Assembly (NCBI GenBank): GCA_963514005.1 | Contig: OY740791.1 | Coordinates: forward strand, 45,322,001 to 45,386,000 | Reading direction: 5' to 3' | DNA from: Raja brachyura | Lineage: Eukaryota | Length of the DNA: 64,000 nt | Part shown: in pieces, positions 1 through 12,846 of the stretch | Layout: each line of letters starts with the position of its first letter | Numbering within the stretch: position 1 is the first letter of the stretch | Program-made: the position numbers and the translations under genes | Notes under the pieces: model-generated | Told to the model about the DNA's origin: nothing | The model's database searches: none | The model's input: the letters and a program-made list of their open reading frames with translations, nothing else

Positions 1-132
1 CACCGCCCGGAGACTCCTCCTCTTGGTCCAATGGCTCCTGGGCCTCTGTGGAGTAAAGCCCCGCACTCGATTTTTAAACACCGCCCGGAGAGTCCTCCTC
101 TTGCTCCAATGGCTCCTGGGCCTCGGTGGAGT
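1..132. repeat. Tandem repeat with a 78-bp unit, cut by the window start
   Basis: caccgcccgg...ccaatggctcctgggcctc-gtggagt starts at 1 and again at 79. Confidence 0.7.
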
Positions 133-135
133 CTT

Positions 136-479
136 TGATTTGAAGTTTTTGTATGCTCCTTTATCACACTTTACATAACATTTTACAACAGTACAACTTG
201 ATTATTAAAACAAGGTCAACTTCAATTTTTGATTTTAAATAATGTATACAACAATTACCCCAATCATCCCATACCACCCACTGAACCAAAATTATTTCTG
301 AAATATTGGTCATACATTTGGAGCAATAATGCTCCAAAATAATGCTCAGAATGCTCCAGAGAGCATCTAAAACCCCAGAACTTCGCTCTTGCGATGTGCG
401 CTGCACGCACATTATTTCGCATTTTTCTTTGTAATCCTGTCATGCCACACCCCTTTTTGAAAGGCTTTGTATGGGCCTG
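136..479. mobile_element. End of a non-autonomous DNA transposon (hAT-like), copy 1
   Basis: Aligns along its length with 60490-60889. Both copies stop at the same point (gta[t/c]gggcctg; reverse complement CAGGCCC-TAC), which resembles a hAT-type terminal repeat. Family assignment is inference. Confidence 0.6.
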
Positions 480-3103
480 TCACCCACACCCCGGGGGCTT
501 GCTTGTTTCGGAAGAATCTCCGGGAACCCAGGATGGTGGACGCGCGTGACGGGGTGGTTGAGCCACATGAACTGGCTCACTTAGGTCCAAGTAGGCCAGC
601 TTCAAATGAGCCATGGACTCAGTTTCGCACCGGCCTCCCATGTTCAAATCAAATGTAGTAGGCCCATACCACAGCACACGAAAGGGACCTTTATAGGGGC
701 GCTGTAAGGGTGGCCTGTGGGAGTCACAGCGAAGAAAGACGTACGGGCAGCCCATTAGTGGCAGTGGCACATGAGAAGGGGCCACTCCATGATGCGATGT
801 TGGGATGGGAGACAGGGCGCTGACCCTCTCCTGCAAGCGGACCAGCACCGATGACGGCGGTTCCTGGGACCCATCAGCGGCAGGGATAAACTCCATGGGG
901 ATGATGAGCGGAGCACCATGGACCAACTTCACGGAGGATGATGACAGATCCTTCTTGGTGGCCTTCTGAATCCCCAACAGGGCCCATAGCAACTAGCCCA
1001 TCCACCCAGGGCCGGTGAGATGAGCCTTCAGGGCGGCCTTCAGACAGTGGTGGAACCGCTCCACCAACCCATTAGACTGGGGATGGTACGCTGTCGAGTG
1101 GTGGAGCTGCGTCCCCAACAGGCAGGCCATGGCGGACTACAGTTCAAATGTGAACTGGGCGCCCCGGTCGGATGTGATGTGAAGTGGAACCCCAAAGCGG
1201 GCAATCCAAGTTGCTCTGAGGGCACGAGCGCATGACTGCATAAAAGGGTCAACCACTCTAAGCATGTGCGAAACACCCCAGGATGGAGGCATTGGCCCCA
1301 TGATGTCCACGTGTACATGCTCAAGCCGCCGGCATGGCACTGCAAAGTGTTGAACGGGTGCCGGGACTTGTCGATGCACCTTCAATGTCTGGCAAGGGAT
1401 GCACATCTGGGCCCAGCGACCGACCTGCTTACAAAGTCCATGCCACATAAACCTTGTGGCCACCATAGTGACCTTGGCTTGGATGGATGGGTGGGCAAGG
1501 CCGTGGATCACCTCAAACACATGATGGCGCCTGGTCTCCTGAATGATAGGCCACGGCTTACCCATGGATACGTCTCAGAGGATGGAACCCGAGGGACCCA
1601 ACGGCATGTCCTCAAGACCAAGCCAGCGATCGCGGTGTAGTAAGCCAGCATCTCATCATCCGCCAGCTGGGCCGCCGACATTGCGGAGTAATCTATTCCC
1701 GAGGCCGGGTTAAGCAGGGGTGCAATTGGCAGATGGGACAAGGAATCCGCCACGAGGTTGCATTTCCCGGAGATGTGTCGGGCGTCCGTTGTATATTCTG
1801 AAATAACCGTCAGCTGGCACTGCTGTTGGGCAGACCAAGGATCCGAAACCTTGGCGATAGCAAATGTGATGAACTTGGGGTCCATGAAGGCTACGAACGA
1901 ATGGCCCTCGAGGAAGTTCAGGAGGTGCCGCACTGTGCGGTGTAAGTCGAGCAGCTCCCGGTCCAAAGTGCTGTAACGCAGTTCTGCAGCCCTCAGGTGA
2001 TGGCTAAATAAAGCGAGAGGCCACCAACAGCTGTTAACCGACTGTCCCAAAATTCTGCTGATGGCCGAGTCCGAGGCAGCCATGCTAAGGGCGTTGGGGG
2101 GTCAGCCGACAGATGCACGAGCATAGTCGCCCGAGCCAAGGCCTCCTTCGCCCCTTCAAACTCTGTGGTGGCGACGGCATTCCACTGTATCTCCCGTTGC
2201 TTGCCTGTCAGCAACTAGAAAAGTGGCTGCATCAGTTTTGCAGCCGCCAGAACGAACCGGTGGTAAAATGTGACTATCATTATGAATTCCCAGAGGCAAC
2301 ATTCTGTAGCAGGCTGCGGGGACTGGCAGATTGCCTCAACCCCATCCGGCAGAGGCACTGCTCCATGCCGTGTCACCCAATGCCCCAGGAAGTTGATGGC
2401 CCAGAGGCCGAACTGGCACTTGCCAGGGTTAATTACGAGGCCATGGTCACAAAGGCGCTGGAAAAGTAGACACAGGTGGATGAAGTCGACCCTGCACCCC
2501 ATGTGTCCATCAAGTGTCCATCAGGCACTGAAAGGGTTGTGTGGCATTCTTGAGGCCAAAGAGCATCCGCAGGAAATCGAACATCCCAAATGGGGTGATA
2601 ATTGCCGTCTTGCGGACATCATCCGGTCGCACAGGGATCTGGTGATATCCCTGTAATCAGTCAATATTGGAGAAGAATCTAGCCCCAGCCAGACCGGCTG
2701 AGAAGTCCTGTATGTGGGGAATGGGGTAACGGTCAGCAATCGTGGCCTTGTTAAGGCTGCAATAGTCCCCACACGGCCTCCAGCCGCCGGACACCTTCGG
2801 CACCATGTGCACCTGAGGCCCTTGGGCTATTGGAGCATCAAACGATGTCCATGGCCTCCATGCTCCAAAACCCTGCCTTGGTTATGAGGAGCTTGTCGGA
2901 AATGAAGCTGCGGGCGTGGAGTGGTGGACCCGATGTCAGAATATGGTCCATGACACCATGCCTCAGGCTGGCTGAACCGAACTTGGGGGTGACAATGTCC
3001 GGAAACTCAGCCAGTACGTGGGCGTAAATTTTGTCCACCATCGCCACAAGGTTGCTGACTGGGGCAGTGTGCATGGTAGAGCGCAAGGAGATCTTCTCGA
3101 ACG
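480..3103 (-). mobile_element. Decayed Gypsy/Ty3 LTR retrotransposon pol (RT, RNase H, integrase); 5' part missing
   Basis: Frameshifted minus-strand ORFs carry GLVINPGKCQFG/INFLGH (RT), YSTLDRELL and HISGKCNLVADSLS (RNase H), HGLAHPS...CIPCQ, HVHVDIMGP and ITSDRGAQF (integrase), and LQRPYKGPFRV (GPY/F motif). No LTR is recognisable. Confidence 0.9.
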
Positions 3104-4799
3104 TCGATAGAAAACACTCTTGAGGTATTACTTCGTGAAGTGGAGATATTGGGTATAAATGACAACTCTCCAACTTTTCCAGGAAGTCGTTTCTCAGTAC
3201 ATCTTGCTGAGTCAGCTCTACCAGGTGGGCGATTCTCCTTGGAGAAGGCCTACGGCCCGGACGTGGGAACACATGCAGTCACCGCTTAACATCTAACCAC
3301 AAACGTCCATTTTAGCCTCAAAACGAGAAGACAAACGATGGTGGCATAATCGAATAATTGTTCTTGGAAAAGACTACGAACAGAACTCACCATTTGAACT
3401 AGAATTAGCCGCTATTGACGGAACAAACCCGAAAAGGCCAGGCGCAGCTCAAATTGTAATTTCTGTGATGGACACCAATGATCATAGCCCTGTCTTTGAT
3501 CAAGACCTGTGCAGGGCGCCTATGTTAGAAAACGCAGCTGAGGGAACTCTGGTGATCAAACTGCACGCAACCGATTTAGACGAGGATGAAAACGCTGAAA
3601 TCAAATATTCGTTCGGTAAGAATGTTCGTTCGTCTGAAGATGGGTCTCGACCCTACACGTTACCCATTCCTTCTCTCAAGAAATGCTGCCTGTCCCGCTG
3701 AGTTACTCCAGCATTTTGTGTTTACATTCGTTCGGTAAGTACATTTCACACACAGGACGCGACTTGGTCATCTTGGAGGCGGAAACTCGAGATATAAGAA
3801 CTAAAGGCTTTCCGGATTTCGAGAGATCAAACGTTTGTGAAGTCGCAGTGCAAGCAATGGACAATGCCCCACACTTTGGCTATGCCAAGGTGTTGGTGAA
3901 TATAATAGTCGTAAACGATAATGCTCCCGTTTATAAAGCAAATTATAAACTGTTCACCACTGATTTGTTGGATCGGGTAAAGATTGTATCTTACAACATA
4001 CGTATTTTTGTCAGGGATCTTTGTGCTTTTAACGAATAATACCATCGCCATTTATGTTGCGGACATCAAAGATAATCCACCACATTTCACCCAGCCATCG
4101 AATCATGTTTATTTGACAGAAAATAATATTCATGGCGCGTTTGTTTTAACCACTACTGCTTTGGATCCCGATTTCGTCTGGAACGGGGATATTTCATATT
4201 CCATTCTGGAAAATCAGATTCAGGAGGATCCCACTTATGGATACTTTTCTATAGACCTATAGTGGGAGTATTTCTTCATTACACTCCTTTGATTATGAAG
4301 AAATTAAGAACTTGTTGATCAAATTCCAGGCTCAGGATAATAGCTTTCCGTCACTGACCAGTACTGCTACTGTACACATTACTATCCTGGATCTAAACGA
4401 CAATGCACCAATTATTATTACGCCATTATTGTGGAATGACTCTGTGTCTCTGGTGAAAGTCCCACCTTGGGTATCTCCCGGTTACATGGTTACAAAGGTT
4501 ATGGCAAAGGACGCTGATTCTGGTCAGAACGCGCGGCTGTTTTATAAACTAGTTGAGGCTACCGATTGGAATATTTTTACTGTTAGCCATGATTCTGGTG
4601 AAATCAGGGCAACTCGAAGGATTACAACGGAGAACTTCGTCAGCCAATGACTGGCGATATTGGTGAAGGACAATGAACAACCGTGCCTTACAAGCATGCT
4701 CATGATGTTATGTCCCTTCATGGCAAACACTACTGTTCATCTCACTGAAACCATACATCATCACAGACAGATAGAACATTTTTCGATTCTAAATATATA
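3104..4799 (+). pseudogene. Clustered protocadherin variable-exon pseudogene (end of EC1 to just before the TM segment)
   Basis: Reads EVEILGINDNSPTF, DTNDHSPVF, ATDLDEDENAEIKYSFG, LDLNDNAP, AKDADSGQNARL and EHFSILNIY, with several stops, frameshifts and an EC4 deletion. Closest to the 12847 gene. Confidence 0.9.
3621..3725 (+). mobile_element. Short Penelope-derived (hammerhead-motif) element inserted in the Pcdh pseudogene
   Basis: gtctgaagatgggtctcgaccc...gctgagttactccagcattttgtg flanked by a 14-bp direct repeat attcgttcggtaag (3607-3620, 3726-3739). Removing it restores KYSFGKYISH. Confidence 0.8.
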
Positions 4800-5190
4800 T
4801 CTATATTACTAAAAGTCTAATTTTGACCACTTCCTGTTGTTCTGTATATTGATTTTAGAAAAAGGCTGCTACTTACGGCTGTGATTTCTGGCCATCTTAC
4901 TCAGAGTCCCCCTCGGCTGTGCAGGACAAGAGGATTTTTCCCATCGATGAAAAATAAAAGAGTTATTAATGTTTAAAACATGTTGAGATTCTCTCTCCTG
5001 AAGGCCACGCCCCTTCCGGATGGACTATAAAACCCGGAAGTGTTGAGTACCTCAGTCAGTCTCTGCAAGATGGGGGAGTGAGAGGGTCACGTCCCTCAGT
5101 CTGAGCTGTGAATAATACTGAACACATGTCTACTAAACTGTGAGTGGTTTTACTGACCTGTCAGTGCCCTTAATGTAGTTTGAAAATATA

Positions 5191-5456
5191 GTTTGGAAAT
5201 GCTAAAGCTATGTTGCCTTTGATTTGGAAATGCTAAAGCTGTATGCCTTTGGTTTGGAAATGCTAAAGCTGTGTTGCCTTTGGTTTGGAAATGCTAAAGC
5301 TGTGTTGCCTTTGGTTTAGGAAATGCTAAAGCTGTGTTGCCTAATTAAAGTTGCCTTGTCTAATTAAAGTTGCCTTGCCTAATTAAAGTTGTCTTGCCTA
5401 ATTAAAGTTGCCTTGCCTAATTAAAGTTGCCTTGCCGATTTAAAGTTGCCTTGCCT
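5191..5456. repeat. Two adjacent minisatellites: about 5 x 31 bp and about 6 x 19 bp
   Basis: tttggaaatgctaaagctgtgttgcctttgg repeated over 5191-5341; ctaattaaagttgccttgc repeated over 5341-5456. Confidence 0.9.
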
Positions 5457-5733
5457 TCTATATAATTAAAAATCTAATCTTGACCACTTTCTGTGTGTGC
5501 TTTATATTGATTTTAGAAAATAAACTACGATGTACGGCTGTGATTTTTGACCATCTTATTTAGAGTCCCCCTCCGCCCATCAGGTGCCGAGGATATTTCC
5601 CATCGATGAAAAATAATAGTTATTAGTTGTGTTAAAAATATTCAGATTCTCCTGTCAATCATGCCACGAATGTATGGGCATGGCTCAGTCTCTGCAAGAT
5701 GGAGGAGGGAGAGGTCACGACTCGCTGTCTTTA

Positions 5734-5860
5734 GTGGCCTTGCACCCTGCTTGAAATGGTATGCAACCTCACTTGAATTTGGTGGGCTTGCACCCTGCTT
5801 GAAGTGGTAAGAAACTGCACTTGCATTTTGTGGCCTTGCATCCTGCTTGAAATGGAATTT
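5734..5860. repeat. 48-bp tandem repeat, about 2.6 copies
   Basis: gtggccttgcaccctgcttgaaatgg and close variants occur three times at about 48-bp spacing. Confidence 0.8.
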
Positions 5861-6646
5861 CAAGGAATAGCCATGAGTCAACTGCCAGCCCACCATCCAT
5901 GAGTAAGTGAGCTGCCAGCACAACAGACTTGAGTGACAGAGCCGCCAGTCCAATAATCCATTTGGCCCACGATGCCCACTGGACACCAGTCCCTTCGGCC
6001 CACAACACCCATACTAGCGCTCCAGAAAGCCCCTCCCTTATTTAATGGATACCCCTCACGTTATATGGTGTTGGAACACCCACGAAAGACGCTCCTTCTG
6101 CAAATACCTGTGCGTAAGTCAAGGGGAATTGCAAGGTATTCGAGCAAGACGTTCAGTCTTCAACTGAAGTACCAAGAAAAAAGGTAAACAGGCGCTTCAT
6201 CTATGGGGAAAAGTAGGATACTTGAGAGGGAAATTGCACCGGATTGAATGTGCACCGAAATACTTTTGGCTATTGAGTTAAAAGTGTAATCCGTGTTCCT
6301 TTTGGATCTCAGTCCTATGGAATCTATAAACAAACCTTGGGATAACATCAAAAAATGCGTAAAATGACTGCCAGCATGTGTGAAAATAGAAAGACCGTGT
6401 TACCATTTAATGTTGATTAATCGTTATAAGATCTGTGGAGATGTGAAGTTCAACAAAGTTTCCAAATGCAGAAACGAGCGGAGGGGAAAATGCTGAACAT
6501 TTATAGTCTTAAAATATACGGTCGAAAAATGATAAATTATAGTAGATCGTGTTGGTGGAGAGATTAGAGCTATCGGAAGTGACATTGAATAGCAAGTATG
6601 GTTCGGTGATCTGAATAGGAATCTCACGTTTTTCTCTCGTGTCCCA

Positions 6647-6731
6647 AGTCTGAAGAATGGTCTCGACACCAATTCCTTCTCTCCAAATATGCTGACTGGC
6701 CCGCTGAGATACTCCAGTTTTTTTGTGTCTA
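6647..6731 (+). mobile_element. Short Penelope-derived element, degenerate
   Basis: agtctgaagaatggtctcgacacc...cccgctgagatactccagttttttttgtgtcta. Confidence 0.7.
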
Positions 6732-6809
6732 TTTTGAGGTTTTTACTGTCTGTAGTATTTAATTCAATTATTTGGGATAATTGTCATTATAAGAACAGAC
6801 AGTCACGAA

Positions 6810-7430
6810 ACATCATAGAACAAGAACAGGCCCTTTGGCCACAACGTTCGTGCCAAACATGATATCGTGAATCTGTATTACTGTGCGTGGTCTATATCCC
6901 AGAGTTATCTGAATATACATGTGCCCGCCAAAACCCCTCTTAAACACAACTGTGGTTTATGTTTGTACCACCACAAATGATGACGTGTTGTTGATGCCCA
7001 TTAGTCTCGGTATGAAAAAATGGACCCGCATATCTCATTTAAACCATACCTTTCCGAGCTGAAAATTATACTCTCTAATCTTTGACATTTGCAACCTGGG
7101 ATTTAGAATCTGACTGTCGATCCTATCTTTGCCTCTCAGAATTGTATATACTTCTGTCCGGTGTTCCCGCAGCATCCCACGCTCCAGGGAAAATATTCCA
7201 ATTTGTCCAACCAGTCCTTATTGCAAATAAACTCTAATCCATGCAGCATACTGGTAAACCTATTCTGTGTCTTCTCCAAGACGCTATATCCTTCCTGTAA
7301 TGGGCCGACCAGAACTATACATGATACTCAATTTTTTTTAAGGCTGCAAATTACTTCCTTATTCTTACACTGAACGCCTCGACCGATGAAGCAGACCACA
7401 CACCTTCCTTACAACTTCACCTACCTATGA
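6810..7430 (-). mobile_element. Old CR1-type LINE 3' fragment
   Basis: Degenerate similarity to the CR1 3' ends at 36700-38300 (aacaggccctttggcc, cttcctgtaatgggccgaccagaact). Confidence 0.55.
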
Positions 7431-9696
7431 CGCTACTTTCCCTACATGTGATGCTGGAGAACTGTGAACTTGGAAGCGCGGAAGCTTTTCTACACCCTTC
7501 CGCCCGCTGGAAATTATTCATCTGTATCCCCTATTTTGATTTGAAACTAAATTCTCTCACAAATACCCTCAAATTGTCCTTGATGCAAGAAAACATTTGC
7601 AACTTGGCTATCTTACCAAAATGACATGTTCTTATAATCTTCTTCTTATCGAGTCCACACAGAGGATTAGAAGTTGTTCAGCCAGAGCTGAACACACTTC
7701 TCGGCATCTGCATACAATTGTGTCTGTCTTGCGTTTCTTGCGCTTCTTGTGCGTGGTGATGGAAAGGTTGGTGGAAACAGGGCCACGACGCCAACGCTCT
7801 TTCTTTGACCCCATGTTATTATAATAATAGATGTTAAAAAGGGAGCAGGACTGGACCTTTGGCCCCTCGTTGCCACTCCACTATTTATGGCATCATGGTT
7901 GACCTTTTTATATGTCTGCATTTTCTCCGCGTATCACCATATCATTAATATCGGAAAACCTGCCAACTTGGTTTGGAATTAACGCAATGAGACCATCCCC
8001 AGCCCTCTCCATGCCGAATTCCAAAGTTTCACACCATGTGAATGAAGCTACATTTACTCATCATCGTCCAAATTGACCAGCCCCCATTTCGAAATTATAA
8101 CTCCGGTTCTAAATACTTTAGACATCCAATTTATTAAGTATTATTAATTTTCAAAGAGACCAGCTAACTAGTGAAGATGTCAAATAATTTAAATCTCTCC
8201 TCCTACAGAAAACCCACCATACATGGAACCCACGATACCAGAGAAATAGATGAGCATTGCACATAATCACTGGATGCACTCGCGCCAAGTATCATATGAC
8301 TGAAATAATAAATTTTTACTCCTATACCCGAAATCTATGATCACAAGGACATCCAGACCATATATTGTCCCACCTATTGGCTTCACTTGAATGTTAAGAC
8401 CTTCATTGATGACGCGTCCTTTCAGCAGTTATGCACGAAAATTCTTTATTCATTTTTGTCGAGTTTATTTAACGAACGGGGACTTTAAAGGGACCATAGT
8501 CATTCTTCTTCGGTGGGTATCACTTTGATTCATCAGTGGTACATTTTGCTTCCACTTTAACCAGGAATGTTTGAGAATGGTACGGGATATTGGCTGACCT
8601 TAATAATTTTGTGTGTATGAGAATGCCAGACAGTTCCTGGACCAATCTACGTGATGTATCTCCCAATAACACTTCGGTCCCCAAATGCAGTGAATGAACA
8701 ATTGGAAATAATGGTTGCACGGCGAACATTTTGACAAATCCAAGTTGTCCAGTTTCATAATTATTGTGCAACAACTTAACAGTTTAGTCGCTATTATTTG
8801 ATCAGAGTTTATTAAGCGTTAACCGACTTTATTCCAATTTCACACAGACATAACCATAAGGTTGGACGATTTACTTTTTGAGTGGCATTTGCCAACAATA
8901 AGCTGGAGTTTGCTATTTATTATAGCTTAAACTGTACTTTTAAACGGAAGAAAAATGCCACAGCCTAATTAAGGAAGTTAATGTGAATTCCTGGATTGCC
9001 ATTTCGGCATTTCAATTCTGATTTGAGGTGGCATTTGTGCTCGGTTTCAGCATTCGTGTAACAACAATATGTTCTCCTACTTTTTATGTTGTAGTCTTGC
9101 GTAAAAATGAATTCAGTAACAGTTGTGGAATTTGCTATCCGGCCCTATTTTTATAATTCAAAGACCACGGGCAGTTTTGGCGAGCAAAAGAAACGTGGAT
9201 ATGATGCAGCAGAAGGAGGGCACGATATTCAACGGCGAAGTCAAGTTAAACCCAAAATATTAAATTATATCTGAGCATACAAGAGAAGTTCGGCCAAAAT
9301 GCTACATTGGTACCTTATCCAAATTTCTAGGATTTCCTCCTAAGCCAAAGGGGACGTAGACTGAGGACAAAGTGGCATATTCAAGTTGGCAAGAGAAAGG
9401 CAATAGAAACTGTGCACATCATCTGGAACATAAACATAATAAGACATTAATCATTACTTGCATCGAATAAATAAATAACTATTTTCCTTAATTTAATACT
9501 GTCAGTCAATAGTTGGACAAGCTCATTGGTCAAAGGATAAGAACAGAAGTGATGGGCAGCCTAAATTTGCTGCGGATTAGAAATGCGCATATCATGAACA
9601 TGAATACATGAAAACAAATGGGTCATTTTCAAACATGTGTGTTCTCAGCTTACAGTGGTTACAATTGTTTAATTGTTTTCTTTAATGTCACGTATA

Positions 9697-10130
9697 TCAG
9701 GTAGAGTGGATTACATTTTTTTGCATACAATCAACAAAACTATCTTCGCAGATAAGCGTATTCGCCCCGGCCAGTACATTATGCACAGAACAGCTCACTG
9801 AGCCCATTTGCAAGAGTCGCCAATGTGGCACAATTTGACAATCCCAGGTGCAGTTGGCCACAAATCCCCTTGGAGCCGTCGCTTCTATTTCGATGGTCCC
9901 CCCGATCCAATGTCCCTCTTCAGGCCTGCCCCCTTCAGTCCTCTTTCTCCGGTGGGCGCCTTCCGCAGCCAATCTCGAGGGCGCTGAAGGCAAGACGCCC
10001 CACCTTTCCTGGTTCTTTTTTTCCGGGCCTTTTGCCCGGTGTCCGCCTCCGTCGCCGTCTCCTTCCACTCACTCTCAGATTCCCGATCCATGGGGTGAAC
10101 AGCGGCCGGGATCGGTATCCTTCCTTCTAC
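9697..10130. repeat. GC-rich interspersed repeat, unclassified
   Basis: Sharp GC-rich island in AT-rich spacer, similar in character to 61490-62345. Its ORFs carry no recognisable domain. Confidence 0.4.
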
Positions 10131-12565
10131 GAGCGAGCTATTCAGTGCATTGGGACTTTGGCGTTATTGGAAAAGCCAATATTATTGCTAATCCATGACT
10201 GCTATTGATCATTGGTGATCACCCCTTTGAGCTTCTGCAGCTCTTCTATTTGACTCCGTTGGCAATGGAGTTACAAGATTTAGTTCCATTGACGTAGAAG
10301 GACTGGTAAATATATTTTTTAAATCAGCTTGATCGCAGCTAAATCGACTTGAAGGAAACCTGTAATTGATAGTGTTCGCATTAACCAGCTGACCTCTTCC
10401 AGGCGAATCGCATAGCACTTAACATATCCCTGTTAACATACGCATGACACCATCGACAATTATTTTGTTTCAATGACAGAGCGGTATTGTTCTTCTACTA
10501 CAGTTCCCCTGTTCTCATTTGAATGTATTATTCATCGGGTCATTTTACATTCGATAGTCTGTTGCTTATGTATTAGCGGGTCAACGCAGTTTATTGATGC
10601 TTGCATGTCAGTTACCCTTGACTTCATGTTTTGGCAATAACAGTTTTGAAGCTGTGAGTGGTAAGTCCTTGGTTTAAATACATGTTAAATCATGGACTGT
10701 ACTAGTATGCATTGTTTGCGTCTGAAAAAAATGTTACAGGCTTCAACGAGGTTGACCAGGTAAATATCTGGAAACATTTCTATGGAATGTTGAAATCGAT
10801 TTGTATCCATTCATTGAAGACGAAGCTATTTGTGTAAATATAGTTAAAGAGCACGTTGATGGAGTGAATTGAACTAAAATTGATTGAGGGTGCTATGAAT
10901 TGTGCAAAATGGGTTGCGTAGAATTCGTAATTGTATACGATTCTGCACCCTTCCATCTCAATTGGAAGTCGAAGGGTTCCGGAAATCGGATCAAGACATA
11001 GAAGAGAACACACCTGTGGTAAATAGTAATAACCAAATTCTCGGAATTACAAAAAAATTAAAATATCGTGGGATTTTAATTGATCATCACCAATGATCAT
11101 CGGGGTTGCTTGAGATTACCCACATTTTATACATTCATACTGGTAGATTCGTATGGAGATGGAAATCTAAATGAGTTAGCCTCGTGAGTATTTCCCTTCG
11201 TTTAAAAATACAGTGCTTGATATAAGAGATATAGATACCTCCTCCCAGAAATCTGGTATAATATTGGAAACTCACCGTTACAATATATTTATGCTAGATA
11301 ATGAAATAAAAAAACATTAGTAAACCATACAGTCATGCATTTGTTACGTTTATTACCCAGACGCGCAGAGAACTGTTCCTGGTGCGAAAGACATGTTTAC
11401 GTACTGTCTCTTCGTTACATGGGGATAATCATCTATCAGATTATCAATATTGCCCTTTAAATACAGAATGCAACAAAGCGCCTGCATTTCCAGCAGAGGG
11501 CAGCTCTGTCTGCATAGATGATGATTTTCCTGAAACAATTTGTGTTCAAGGCAAATAAAGTAAAATAATGTAACTGCGTAATGAATCCATTCCAAATAAC
11601 TGATTCCAAAATTACGCACGATCATTATAGTTATGAAACACAATGTCGCACTTCTGCTTCCATTAATTCCATTCAGTATTTACTAAACCTGAACCAATAG
11701 CTGTGTAAACATTGAAATCAATGATGTTTGTTCTTATTATTTTCCAGCGCCAATTACCTGCAGGGCTCTTCAGCGATGTGAAAGAAAAACGGACATTTAT
11801 GCGTTCTGAGTCACTCAAAAATGCTCACGTGGTGATTTCTCTAAAGCACACATGCACGCACACACCACACACTACATACTACATACACCCACACACACAC
11901 TATCTCTCTCTCACACACACAAAGAACGCCATGTGTTGAATACGGATTTATTTAATCATCAATAAAATTCGACCGAATAGTGAATCCTTCTGCTAGTCCA
12001 CAGGGGAGTTATGGCGCATGTAACCTGCGATGGGCAATGTAATATGGTAGTGTTAATATAAGCAAGAGATGACACTATGTAAGCTGCGAAAGGCGATGTG
12101 TTTAACTTGCGTGAGGTCATTACATCTTTTTTTCGTTGTTCTTATTGGCGGCCATTTCTCCGGTAGAGATTCCTTCATTCTGTACGTTCAAATTGAACAA
12201 TGCCTACAGGAAAAATATGAAACCGACGTTTTATACCGATGGAGGTAACGTGATTTTCTGGAGATGGCAAAGTTTCGGTTCGACTTATGGAGTCGTTTTT
12301 ATTTTGAATGTTTTACATTGTTTTACATGAAGAACAATTTTCCAAAACATTAGTTGGATAAACACAATGGTGATATTTTTAGATGGAAATTATGTTACAG
12401 CTGTACCTAATAATTGATCTGTTTTTTTTATTTTATTTAATGTGCTTTTGCGAAAGTTATTTATGAAAATCCGATTATCGCGCGTACCCTTGTTTTTTTT
12501 AAATGAACACCTTTAAATCTGAGAAGTAAAATCTGCTTTAAGAAAACCACGATGTAGTCAGTGGA

Positions 12566-12640
12566 TGTGTCTCTTTGTTTCGCTGTCCGCCAATAAGAAG
12601 CTATGACGTTGCGAGGGATCGACCCTCCGCCATAATTATC
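12566..12640 (+). promoter_or_regulatory. Pcdh promoter conserved sequence element (CGCT box, CCAAT, YY1-like site)
   Basis: ctctttgtttCGCTgtccgCCAATaag with CGCT at 12581, 266 bp before the ATG. Matches the four downstream promoters. ccgccataat at about 12627. Confidence 0.85.
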
Positions 12641-12846
12641 AAACACAGAATGACTCTTCGGCAAAGAGACGCGGTGACTGCGTTTACAGCCATACAGCTG
12701 TGATCAGTTAAATTGGTGAGGTTTTTTGAAATTTACTTTTGTGTTCAGAGTTGATAAAATTATAGGATATCCTCGAACTGGCCTAACGCGGTGAACAAAT
12801 CGTGTGTTTCCGATTCGGATATCAGTAAAATACATACACTCTCGCA

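Larger units (their letters stand above)
4800..6035 (+). mobile_element. Probable non-autonomous Helitron-like element with a duplicated 5' block and internal minisatellites
   Basis: Starts A|TCTATATTACTAAAAGTCTAATTTTG. The block 4800-5100 recurs at 5457-5720 and shares motifs with the minus-strand elements at 58690-59870. No 3' CTAG end was found; the right boundary is approximate. Confidence 0.5.

Noticed and set aside
2838-3272. 144-aa minus-strand ORF
   Set aside because: Chimeric: antisense of the Pcdh pseudogene (3104-3272) running into Gypsy pol.
5191-5456. Regular short repeats resembling a CRISPR array
   Set aside because: No unique spacers and no cas genes; vertebrate minisatellite.
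6036-6190. Possible cytoplasmic remnant and donor (aaag|gtaaac) of the first pseudogene
   Set aside because: I could not align it convincingly to the 12847 tail.
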